Below, in pieces: positions 22,805-34,600 of a stretch of DNA of 64,000 nucleotides; position 1 is the stretch's first letter; each line of letters opens with the position of its first letter. Where the stretch lies: contig OZ076409.1 of NCBI GenBank assembly GCA_964187785.1, positions 98,086,001 to 98,150,000 on the forward strand. The letters run 5' to 3'. The notes below the pieces were generated by a model. The model did not search any database, had not been told where the DNA came from, and saw only the letters and a list, made by a program, of their open reading frames with translations. The position numbers and the translations under genes were made by a program. This DNA comes from Amphiscolops sp. MND2022 (Eukaryota).

Positions 22805-22978
22805 TTAGACGTTATAACCGCTCGCAGGTCGGAGCTTTTGGCAATTGGCTCATTGCTATTTGGGTTCCCTCTCCATCGTTAGTTCAAGTTCTTTTGTAGT
22901 AGTCCTAGAAGTGGTCTCCAAAAGTGGTCTCCTATGGGATTTTTCTCACGTCGAGGATAGTCCTCATTTAGGGCTCCG
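22805..22978 (-). mobile_element. Old solo LTR, 3' part (5' part at 38311-38842)
   Basis: 5-bp TSD ATTCC at 22800-22804 and 38843-38847; similar to the LTR at 55614-56347. Confidence 0.7.
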
Positions 22979-23320
22979 GGTTCTTTTCTGTTCCCCACCA
23001 CCCAAATCTTTGAAAATAACTTTCCTTAAAAACTTTAGACTAATTAAAAGTAAAACCTTCTTTCATAACAGGAAGTTAACTTTTATTAGAGTAGTTTTCC
23101 GCTTGAACAAAACTTTGTTCACACACTTTTACTATGTTCGTATTAAGTGTTTATTGATGACTCAAAGCAGGAAGCTGTTGATTTCTTCATCAAAAATGCG
23201 TAACTACATAGGGAAAAAGTGTGAACAAAGTTTGTATCTGAATCCTAAACTATCACCTTGAGAATCAATTTAAAACTGAAGCTTTTTGGTTTGTATTCAA
23301 ATCTATTTGGTATAAGATTT
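22979..23320. mobile_element. GG-ended MITE (Merlin-like), left part; right end at 38261-38310
   Basis: TIR GG(T/C)TCTTTTCTGT..CCCCACCACC; perfect 8-bp TSD GGGCTCCG at 22971-22978 and 38311-38318. Confidence 0.72.
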
Positions 23321-24841
23321 TGTGATAATCCTCTCCTTCGGACACTTCATTTGAAAGTATCGTTTGATCTAAATCTGTCTCAGTTTCAAAGAAGGGCTTA
23401 GCAGGATGTTTCAACTCCTTCATTTTAGATGCTCTAAGAGGATAGTCGTCGTTCTCGGAATCAGAGTTTTCGGTATTAGATGCATGAACTCCTATTGATT
23501 TACTCAATTTGGATCCCGATGGCTGATTCTCTCGCATTTCGTTTATATTCGATCTAGGATTCGTTACTGTAGATGCACTTTTATTGGACTTTATTTCCTT
23601 TAGAATCGCTTCAAGTTTGTTTTCCATTTCTTCTCTCATCTTTTCAATCCTATCGTTGTTCTTTTGTTCCATGATTTGGGTCCAAACTTGCATCTCATTA
23701 CTCATTTGACTAGGTTCGGTTAACCGGTTTTCAGAGCTATTTTCACCTAAATTCCCTTGGGCAACATTACTAAGATCAATTAAAGCTTCATTACTTGTTT
23801 TAGGGGTTTCTATTTGTGTTACCTCCACTTCTCTGTCTGGGGAAGGTGTCCCAAGTCTTCTAGACCTTCTGCTTCTTTTATTTCCAATGTTATCTCAGGT
23901 GAAAATATTTTCTAGCTTTTGGGAAAGAATTTGAATTAGTCTTGTATCACAAAAGAGAAACAAAGCTGAAGCTTTACAGTGACGAAATTGAAGTTTTACA
24001 GTTATTTGAGAAAGCAACTGCACTTGATGAGGGTTGGATTCTTAATGAATTCCTCTGATTGAAAACTCAGAACAAAATATCCAAAAAACATGACCCTCTT
24101 TTTTATGGGAGTCATTGTATGAAATCGAGACAAAAATAGAATTTTGTTCAATGACGTTATATTATAAAAATAGCAAATTTACATGACATCATAAAAGTAT
24201 GATTGGGAAAAAACTAATGAACCCTGGGAATCTCATAAGATGGCCTTCATTTGTAATTGAATTGGCTTCTAGATAACACTATAACACGTGCTGGATTTAC
24301 TTAACAAGTCCTGCGAGAAACGCATAATGACGAGTATGCGTCACTACTAGTTCCGCAGGATGCCGTATAATGTTTTTATGGAAAACGTATAATGCCGCAT
24401 ACTCGTTACACCTTGAAACGTATAATGCCGCATAATGATACTAGTAAAAACGCATTATGACGAGTATACGTCACACTTCAATCCGCATAGTACCGAATAA
24501 TTGTACTATGCTAAGAAGTAGATTACTATCTGATGACGAATTTAGACGCATCAGGACCTTCAGAATATATGATTAGACAATGAGATAACTCATTGTATGA
24601 TTAAAACAAGGGTTCCCAATGAAGCAATGAAGGTATGTTAGCACTAAGGTGAAGGTCCATTCACAACAACCATATTATAAATATCATATTTACATGACTT
24701 TCGAGACTAAACAATATTGAGTTTTAAGACATCATATAAAACGGGTTCATCAGAGTTTTAGAGAGTTTGTTGAAATGAGTCTATCATCTGTTCCTCTTCG
24801 AAGCTGCACCACGGAACCATCGCATCTTGGTGGATGCGACA
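23321..24841 (-). repeat. 3' LTR (1521 bp)
   Basis: TGTCGC...ATCACA on the minus strand; homologous to 37620-38255. Confidence 0.9.
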
Positions 24842-25811
24842 GTCCCGCATTTTTAAAGAGGAACAGGGCTGCTTCGAATCCATAAATAAAAGATCTTGAT
24901 CTAATCGCTCTTTCTTTCACTGTCTCTCCCTCGTATTCAGTTGCCATGAGGTACTCACCCAACGTTTCCAGTGCGATCTGATCGTAGCATTTACCACATA
25001 TGTCGCAGTAACCCGCTACATTTGACATGACGGTTGGCAGTAGTCTCATGCTTTGTCTTTCTCTTGCAGGGATAAGAATGAGATTCGTGCTGTGGGTCAC
25101 GCAAAAAGGAAAACCCAACTGCACCATTGGTTGAACTGTGATCTGTCGGTTCTCAATGGGAGCTTCCCTCATTGGGATGGGGAAGAACGCAGGTGACAAA
25201 TTAAATCCTTGCACTGCATTCAGTGTACCTTGAGTCGGAGCTATATCTCTGCGTAGGTCTTGATCCGTGGGTTCACTAGATTGCGTGTGTTGAAAATCAG
25301 ATGTCTCCGGCCTGTAGTTAGGTGGGTAAGTGGGGACTGGCAATATTCCACCTGCACTGGGGTTCACTCTTTGGGTAGGGGGAACCCTGGCGGTAGGCCG
25401 ACCATAATTGTTTGTGTCCTCTGGAGGGGTATTACCCAGCGTCCAGGGAAACAAATTCCCTTCTTCAAATTCACTATCTATGAATGAACTTGGGGAAATC
25501 ATCCTATCTTCTTGCGATTCCCCTAACAACTCCATCAGGTCTTGTTCTATCTGTGTCCCTGTGGCACTTACAGACTCATTCTGTTCTGCCGTATTGGCTG
25601 GATCCACATATAACGAAGCCAATGTTGAACCCATGAATGCCGACATCAAGTTACTCCCAGTTGTATTAATTCGAAATTTTTCGTCAAGCTGGGCAATGTC
25701 TCCGGGAGCAATTGAGAAGCTATTTTCTGACTCGCTCGAAATATCCACCACATCAGGGGATATAGGGGAGTATAACGAATTTACATCAGTATTAAATTGG
25801 AGTTTTTCCAT
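24750..25811 (-). CDS. Accessory orphan ORF (353 aa) in the env position, ending inside the 3' LTR
   Basis: Intact ORF; disordered S/P/T/E-rich N-terminus; C-terminal CxxH...CxxC; no signal peptide or TM segment. Confidence 0.7.
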   Translation of the reverse strand: MEKLQFNTDVNSLYSPISPDVVDISSESENSFSIAPGDIAQLDEKFRINTTGSNLMSAFMGSTLASLYVDPANTAEQNESVSATGTQIEQDLMELLGESQEDRMISPSSFIDSEFEEGNLFPWTLGNTPPEDTNNYGRPTARVPPTQRVNPSAGGILPVPTYPPNYRPETSDFQHTQSSEPTDQDLRRDIAPTQGTLNAVQGFNLSPAFFPIPMREAPIENRQITVQPMVQLGFPFCVTHSTNLILIPARERQSMRLLPTVMSNVAGYCDICGKCYDQIALETLGEYLMATEYEGETVKERAIRSRSFIYGFEAALFLFKNAGLSHPPRCDGSVVQLRRGTDDRLISTNSLKL

Positions 25812-26566
25812 TTTAGATTTGCAGAGAAATCACTGAGTATTTCAGATTTTCAAAGATTTTAGAAGGCAACTGATTTATGAAATTGTAAAGACCATATGGT
25901 GATCGATTTTCTTCTTCCTCTTGTTTTTGACAAAAACCCGCGCAGAAATTGAGCGTCATGCTTTTCAAATTCTCCATTTTCCTTTATAAGGGTTTTGTCG
26001 GTGATTGTATCATGAGACTCATTCACAAAAGGTTATAAACAATTTCCATAAAAGGTGTTTCGCTTTAAGACTTTGTTGAATCGTCACTTATCACTAGAGT
26101 TTTCGTAAATTCCTTGGCAAACAAATGATATATAAACAAAATTTAACCTAAGGTCAAAGCAATCAACCTTGAAACGATTTCATGAATAAATTTCCTTGAA
26201 AGGCGAAGAAAGAAATTCATATGGTTTTACATGACTAATTTATAAAATGGTGAAAAGTCTTAGGAAACTTGTATTACGTTAAATACCTCTTCCAAAATCA
26301 AATATTAATTTTAAAGGAAATCATGCATTAAACTCAGCCCCGCATTTAAAAATGCTGGCAGGTTGATGATTTTCAACAGGGTGTCAATGCCGTATACCAA
26401 AACATCAATAATATCACACATGTTTGTCAATGAGAATGCTTTAATTTCTCCAGAGTATTACGTAATATCTCAATGTGTATTCAATTCTAATCACGAACTG
26501 CATTAATTCATATCATTAAATGCATACAGCGAAAACCGCAGGGTGACGAGTATGCGCCACTATTCA

Positions 26567-26746
26567 ATCCGCATATTGCCGCATATTCTTTATCAGCAAT
26601 CCGCATACTGCCGCATATTCTTCATCAGCAATCCGCATGCTGCCGCATATTCTTCATCAGCAATCCGCATACTGCCGCATATTCTTCATCAGCAATCCGC
26701 ATACTGCCGCATATTCTTCATCATCAATCCGCTTTTCGCCGCATAT
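26567..26746. repeat. 32-bp tandem repeat (~5.6 copies) ATCCGCATACTGCCGCATATTCTTCATCAGCA
   Basis: Units start at 26567, 26599, 26631, 26663, 26695 and 26727. Confidence 0.92.
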
Positions 26747-27099
26747 TACATTATGCATGCGATTAGCTAATGGCTAACCTTGTAATGAATCAATCAATCA
26801 CGCTGGCAGACGTGATTGACGTTTAATTAGCCAATCAGATTTGAGTATTTCTTTATCAATTTGCGCACAACTGTCTCATTCGCCCTTTTTGCCTTTCTTT
26901 TAACGCCACGCCTATAACTTGCTTTACTTTAATCGTTAATTCAATTATAGTTTATAGTCTTTTGAGTCAATTTTATCATTTTCCACAAATTAGTTCCCTC
27001 CTCGTCTTACTTCTCTTTCATTATCTTCCTCTTCAAGGAAAATTCCTGATTACTTCCAGACGTTTATAACCCCTTAGGAAGTGACGTTCTGGATAGGAA

Positions 27100-30000
27100 A
27101 TGGACTCCATGCCTGGAGAAACTGGGACTTCTAGTACCCGACTGACTAGAAAAGAGCGGTTGAAACTACAACGCGATGAATTTTGGGCTGATCATCTACC
27201 TCTGGAATCCACACATAGTAAGTTCAGTGTGTTCTTGGTTTGACTTGATTTGGTTTAGGGAGTATAGTAGGTTTTCGAAGCTGGCCAGGCTTACGAATTG
27301 AAAAGGTCTAGCTATGGATTACTAAATAAATTCAGATTTTTTTGAAACGTTTCCGTTTCTAACTTTAAACGACTTCCGTTCTTTTCCTTTCCTGTTGGCG
27401 CGTCCGGTTTCAGTTAATCTAGGACAAACTCGTTTGCGTGATCAATTCCTTCTTTCTTCAAGTAATCGATCATTGTTTTAGCTGAACTCACTTCAGTACA
27501 GAATCCTACAGCAGAAACACCAGAGAAAACTCTGACTTTGTTAGAAGTAGCATCTCCAAATTTATTTCAACCCCAAGGCTCTTTGGAATCCCCTATCACC
27601 CCTACTTTACATATTGATGAAGGGATAAAAGTTGTGACTGCCGCTCCACACTTTACATGTGAGATATTTCCCGCTGATCACGAGCAGGAAGAAGGAACTG
27701 AAGTTGAAGCTTCCACTAGTCAATACACGTCCCGTTCCCAAGTGGGTCTCGATCATAATTACAGCGGAGACAGCGTTGAAAATAGATCACAAGAGGTCAT
27801 GGGAGAGACTTATCCTTCCCTACAAGGAACCCAAACTCCTCCACCACAGTTTAATCAATATCTCTCACCAACCAGCTTCGACAGGGCTTCGCATGAGAAT
27901 CCTATGTTACTCAGCCAAGGTGACAAATTTGGGGCAGAGGGGGAGGAGATCCAAGTATCCAATGAACAAGAAGTGGCAATGCAGGAATTTCCAGGAGAGT
28001 ATACTCAGTTCAGCATTACCCGAAGGGAGTTAACGACCATCAATAATTTCTTGGGGCGAATCCCTCAAGATTTACTTACAGGAGATGGGGCAAATTTAGA
28101 TCAACCCCTATCCTTGGCCGTCGTTGACGTTATAACGGACCCTGTAATGGTCACTACGTCTAGTCAGGAGGAACTATCAGGGCCTTCATCATCAATGGCT
28201 GTCCGTTCCGATAGACAGTACCAGGATAGCACGCACTATGGCAAGAGAAGGAGACCTAAATACTCCCTCACAGTTGGAATGTTGAAAAAACACCCAGTGT
28301 TGCAATTTTCTGCTACTGGTCCACTCGACGCCGATAAAACTCCTTATAAGTGGTGGTGTAGGGTGTGTCGTGTGGAATTATCCCTAATGAGTCGAGGACC
28401 CTTGGAACTGGTTTCCCATTATCGGACTGACTCACACCTAATCAAAGAACATCGAATCCGTATGGAGATAACTGGCATGCCTTTGTTTGATAAAGACTGT
28501 AAAGAGATCCTTGGAATAGCTCTCCAAGACGCGAAGAGAACTGCAAAGGACACTTATCCAATTGCGCCCCAATTAGACTCTCGACATCCTCTAGTGGGAC
28601 AATCTGCAGTCCCTGCGACAAACATTCCATCCAGTCCTACTGAGAAGGTTTTGTTCCAAATAACCATTTTAGAGTTCGGGCTCAGAAATGGGGAACACGT
28701 GGACAACCTTTCTGGGATCTATGGAGAAGTATCCCGACTGACTTCTTCCAACGTGTTGTCTACCCAGAATTGGAGTGATCAACGCCTATATGTTAGTATT
28801 TTATTTTAACCATTGAACTGGGAACATTCGTTTTCGCATTGTGACTTGTATGAAGTGTTTTAATCTTTAGTCGCGCATTTTCATATAATTGAGTAAGCTC
28901 TTTTTTCACTTTGTGCGTGTTAACAGGCCATTCTGGTACATATGTTCAGAGAACTGATGAGTTACTGTATTGACAAGAGCTCCGACTCTGGATTGTATTC
29001 TTTGTCACTCCAACACTCAGTTACTACTTCATTCATCATTTTATTATTCTGGTCTGGGAACGTGCTCCACCGTGTGTGTCTGGGCAGTTCCCCAAGAGGA
29101 ATGTTACTTCCTCTCAAGATTCTTGCTTTACTCGCCTCGTTCATCAGTGTTTTTGATACTGCTCCTTCTTGCGTTTCCTTAATTGGTTTCGACGAAAAAT
29201 TAGCTGATTGTCTCCGGACTAATTTACCTGGAGCAAAAAGGCCATTCATTACCAGTACTTATGAACCGTCCGGTTTTGAATCCAGTCTTGCCCTACCTAC
29301 CACTCAAATCCTTGAGCGACATGATTTTCGTACGATTCTAGATTTCCTTTAAATGAAACTGCGGACAGCATTGGATCGAGACTGGATACACAACTTGCCA
29401 ACACTACACAAAGTATGTAGCATTTCATGTTGTGTTCGGTACAAATACACTTGAGTTTGATCTTTACAGGTCTTCTTCATTTTAGTGTATCACTCGGCTT
29501 GAGTATTCTTTGAGCGAAGCGTCCATCATCATAGAGGACTTATCCAAGAATTGGGACCGGGTGCGAGAACACCTAAATCAAGTGGCCAGACTGCCAGAGT
29601 ACAGATTTCACATGAGAGAGGTTATTATATTTCTGTCTGTGGTAGACTAGCCTTCCTTCTTTTTTCTTATAGTTCTCATCTCTGTTTCAGCCGAACACTT
29701 TGGACGAGTGTTTTCGCTTAGACACCACTTATCTGGCTCGGCTTTTCATTATCAGATGCACAATAGACCACTGTTAGTCATTTTTATTTTCTTGAGACGG
29801 TCTTTGCTACAACATCCAAGTCCCCAGTAGAATTTTCATTTCCCTTTTTACTATGGTCCGATTAACCCCACTGTTTTCATAACGAAGATAGTCCGCTTTA
29901 TTTCCATACTTTTATTTACACCTATTTAAGCTGTAAAAGTATGGTGGCTGTTATTCGTCTGGCTCGGTTAATCTTTCCAGTACGTACAGTGATTTCCGCA

Positions 30001-31480
30001 CAATGACGTATAATCATTCTGTGGATTCCGCATGACGCCGTATAGTCCATTTTGCAATTCCGCACAGTGACGTATAGTCCGATTTGCAATTCCGCATTAT
30101 GACGTATAATCCAATTTGCAATTCCGCATAATAACGTATAATCGTCACACCTCGATCCGCTGGATGACGTATAATCCAATTTGCAATTCCGCATAGTGAC
30201 GTATAATCGTCACACCTAGATCCGCTGGATGACGTATAGACACATTGTTGAATTTGTATTATGACGTATGATCGTCACATATCGAATTGTATAATGACGT
30301 ATGTTTTATCTCTGCGTGCTGGTTGAGATCATAACGCGTTTCAAGGTGTCACTATTTTCCTTTTGTTTCAGATAACTCAGCCTTCCACGAAGTCAAACAA
30401 GGAATTGAAGGCGGTTTTCGGCTATACAACCAGTTTGCAGTTTTCGCAAATAGCCAGCTCCAAAACCTCCTTCCAGATGATACGCTTGGAAGCATTTCTA
30501 ATTGGGATGGTTATCTTTATTCAGATTTAGACCAAAGTGGGCTGCCCTTCAAAACATCAAGCGAATTTATACTTAATGAAGACTTCTACAATCTTGTTGT
30601 TGCTAGTAAATTGCCTCGCCCAGGCAAATTTGTTGATCAATCAATCGCCTTCTGCAAGGTGTTTTGTAAATAGCTGCTGAGTCACGAAGTGATCGAATCT
30701 GACCTGATTAGGGGGTTATCATCATTCGATCCTAGTGTCATATTTGAGGGTTCGGAGGAGCAATACACTGCTTCAATTGAAAAGTTAGCATCCTATTTCG
30801 TTGCCAGAGGGTGTATCTCAGCTAGTGATAAAACAAAAGCTACAAGCCAGTATCGATCCTTCGTTACAAAACTTCGTGAGTGTCCTGTCCCTGATTACGA
30901 GGATTGGGTGCATTACATATCGTCTCATTACGAGATTCAATGTCGTCCCGAACTGTATCAACTGTACAGATACTCCTGTTTGTGTTTATCCCCTTCAATC
31001 AAAATGCCAACGCCTTTCATCGTCCCTCTTACCAGTTTAGAGAATGGAATTGAAGCTATCCAATCCTGTTTGTGGAGTCTTCAGGCATCATACCAGACTA
31101 TTCCGCACATTTCAAGTTTATACCGAGACCCTAAATCGATCTCTCGTGTTTTTCGACTCCTTGGCCGAGGAACTGATGTATTAACCGACAAGAAATTCTC
31201 CATTTGGAACTTTCTCAAGGGAAATGGACAGAAGCAATCTACTCTTTTGGGCAAACTAGAAACTGGTTATCGGAAATCTGTCCTTCGTATTGAAAGACCT
31301 CCTGTAACTTCTAGAAGTACTACCCCAAGTGTAAGCCGCCGTAGTAGTGCAAATAGTACTCCTTCTCCAGATCCAACTCTTAGCAGAGTTAGTCTAAAAG
31401 TCTCACAATGTGTTGAAGCACGTACTGATTCAATTTCTGCTAAAGTAAAGAGCAATTCTTGTAAAGGCAAGAAAAACTAG
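27100..31480 (+). pseudogene. Antisense multi-exon zinc-finger gene, probably hAT-transposase-derived, with nonsense mutations in this copy
   Basis: Phase-compatible GT-AG exons 27100-27217, 27482-28791, 28927-29412, 29486-29620, a degenerate exon from 29673, and 30372-31480; WWCRVC...H..TDSH zinc finger; stops at 29350 and 30671. Confidence 0.72.
29994..30302. repeat. Degenerate ~31-bp tandem repeat (TTCCGCA...TGACGTATA), probably intronic
   Basis: About nine TGACGTAT-type cores. Confidence 0.8.
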
Positions 31481-31664
31481 TTGGATCATATACTATGATG
31501 ACTTTGTGATCGAGTGTCTCAATTTTGTTTAGTTTATTCTGTTGTTTGAAAGTGCTTCTTCATTAAGCCATTTATTTGATTATAACCGGAAGAAAAACGA
31601 AAAAGATTCTCTGAAGAGTGAATCGAGGTGAAAGTTGAGAGAACAATTTCTTCTGTATTTCTTT

Positions 31665-34600
31665 TTAGTATCTATATGAGTCAGAGTAGTTTGGGTTGGG
31701 ATTGGGTCGTAGGCTATACTTTTCACCACGGGTATTTATAGGTTCTTCTTGCAATGGGGTGTTTTCAGGGTTTTCTGGGATTTTTTGGGTATCAATTTGG
31801 GGTGTATTATTTTTATCATTTTGGGTTTTTTGTGGGTTTTCTATTTCATCATCATGGGTTTCTCGTGAAATTTCATTGTTTTCTCTTTCGGGTTCAGTGG
31901 TCTGTTCCACTGGGCTCCCCCTACTATTTTTTGAAGATCCTGGGGAGGGAGGGTGGTTATCATCAGGTATTCGAATCGGAGCTTATTCAGCATCGTCAAA
32001 CGGACCGTCTTCAAACGGGTTCGTTCCAAAATTTGTGTTCCATGATTGGGCGTATAGATCATCATTTGCTATAGGCGTTTGATCATCTTTTTGCCAATCA
32101 GTTTCACGAACGAAAATATCTGCTAATGGGGCTTGTGGAGTAAATTTCCGCAGACGGATCCTGTGTAGTAGTTGCGTTTTGTTAGTGCCAAGTCTCCGGA
32201 CAATATAGTTATTGTTAGGGAGTACTTTTTCCACTTTATATGGTCCACACCATCTGAATTCTTGGAATGGTATTTTTGTCGCTTGAGTATCAGCTTTTGG
32301 GTTAGGAATGTAACAATAGTCCGTCGTTTCGAGCGGAGCTGCTTTTGCTTTCCTGTCATAGTAGGCTTTGTATTTGAGATAAGATTGCATGATGTTCTTC
32401 TTAGTTTGATCTAAAAGGATTTTCATACGTTTTTGGATTTCTTCGGCCACATCTGTCTGTGGTTGGTATCGTGGGTTAGGGTTATATCCGAGTTTGTAGT
32501 CTAGGATATTATGTGGTATTCTACCATGGAAAACTCGTGAAGGCTCGCAACCAAGTGATGCATGGTACGTTGAATTGTGGTTTAGGACTGCCAATGGTAG
32601 GTACTTATGCCAGTTATTCCTGAATTCGCCTGTTGCAGCTTTCAGGTGTGTTTTTACTGAAGCATGGGTTCTCTCAAGGAGTCCTATCGTTTCAGCATGT
32701 TTCATTGTTGCGTGTTTAAGTTCAATTCCTAGCACTGCTGCAACTTCGTGCGTTATTTGCGCGTTGAATTGAGTGTCTAAATCTGTGATTATCGTTGTAG
32801 GAAGATAAGTGTGCTTGCATAGTATATCCATGATAACTCTTGACACCATTGTTGCAGTGATGCGAGTTACAGGGTAGGCAAACAAATATTTGGAGAAGAC
32901 GTCGATCGCCGTGATGATATGATCATAGCCTCCGCTTGAGGGGAGGTTTGGCAAAATATCCATTTGCAGAATGTCTTCTGGACCAAGATCCCATTCTGGG
33001 CAATTTAGGAGTTCAGTTCTGAGGAGGTCATTGTTAATGCGTTTTGTTTGGATACACACTTGGCAGTTACTGACCCATTTTCTGATGTATTTAGCCATAC
33101 ATGGGTAGTAGTATTTTTGTCGGGCTTCTTGTATCATCTTGGTGATTCCTGGGTGATTTGAATTGTGACCATGCAAGGCTTGAAGAAATTCTTCTAGAAG
33201 TTGGATCGGTAAGAGAATTTGGTAGTGAGATATGGTTCCTGTGTCAGTGTAGTATTTGCGTGTAAGGACTTCCTGTTTTATTTCTATTCGGGTTATGTTT
33301 TGTAAGTAGTGTTGGTATCTAAAATCTGACGCTAATTCATTTTCATCGATTGGGTTTCCTTCAAGTTTTGCTCTCAGATTTCTAAGGACTATGTCGTTGT
33401 TCTGCTCCAGGCGAATTTTTGCATTATTGTCAAAGTATCCTGATGAGATTGAGATCAGCTCCGATGTGTGTTTGTGGAATTGTTGTAGTTCAGAGACGTC
33501 AGTCTCTGGTTCGTTGTGTGTTTCTGTTTGAGCTTGGTTTCGAATATTTTTTTTCTCTTCCCAAAGTTGATTTTCATCAATTTCATCTTCGGGTAGAATG
33601 TAAATTTGCTCTTCGTCTACAATTCCGGTTGATTGGATATTCACCTCAATAGCTTTGGTGTGAATGTCAATGCGGATTGTCATTTCCAGTTTTTCAGTTG
33701 GGTCAACTTCTGTTCTAGATAAGAAGTCAGCTGCTGTGTTCATTGATCCAGCAACATGAGCAATTACGAAATTATATTGTAAGACGTAATCGCACGCATT
33801 CCAGAGTGCTGGTGGAATCATTTTTGCTTGAAAAAAGCGTGTTACTAATCGATTGTCAGTGAAGACTATGACTGGGAAGGTACTTCCCCACATAAGGTGT
33901 CCAAACTCTACAAATGCGAAGTATATGGAAAGGAATTCTTTCGCATATATTGACATTTTAGTTTGTGTTGGGTTAAAGGTTTTTGAACCAATTGCAATGG
34001 GTGCATATGTTTTTCGTTTAGATTGAAGTTTTTGGTTCGGGTCGTCTTCGATCATGATAGCATATTCTGCTGCTGTGAAACTTGCGTCGGACATGACTAT
34101 AAGTTGTTTATTTTTCAGTGGTTGTTTCAATGCTAACTGACAGGAATTTTCCAGAAGTTTGTTGAGGTTGGTGAAGGCTTCTACCAAGTTCGTGGGTACG
34201 TAGAATTTGGAGGTTTCTTTGAGGAGTTTGAAGAACGGAGAAAGTCGTTCTGAAAGGCGTGGTATGTAGTTTCGATAATAATTTAGAAATCCAATATATC
34301 TTTGTAACGCCTTTTTTGACTTAGGAAATCGGAGTTTTGATAGAAAATCGGTGACTTTGTCTGCTTGTGCGGCGACACCGTCTGGTGTTATTGTACGCCC
34401 TAGGAAGTCGACCTGTTTGACTCCAAAGTGACATTTCGACATGGAGAGTTTTAGTCTTGCATTGCGAATGCATTCAAAGACAGTTTTGATATTTATGCAG
34501 AGTTGTTTTGTGTCGTTTGCCGCAATGCCAATGTCATCGACATATTGGGCACATTGGTCGGCTTTAATTGCTCGATCTAGGTACCCTCTCATGAAGTTTG

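Noticed and set aside
24750..25811. Retroviral env
   Set aside because: No signal peptide, fusion peptide or TM anchor
26543..26770. 75-aa ORF or CRISPR array
   Set aside because: Head-to-tail 32-bp minisatellite with no unique spacers
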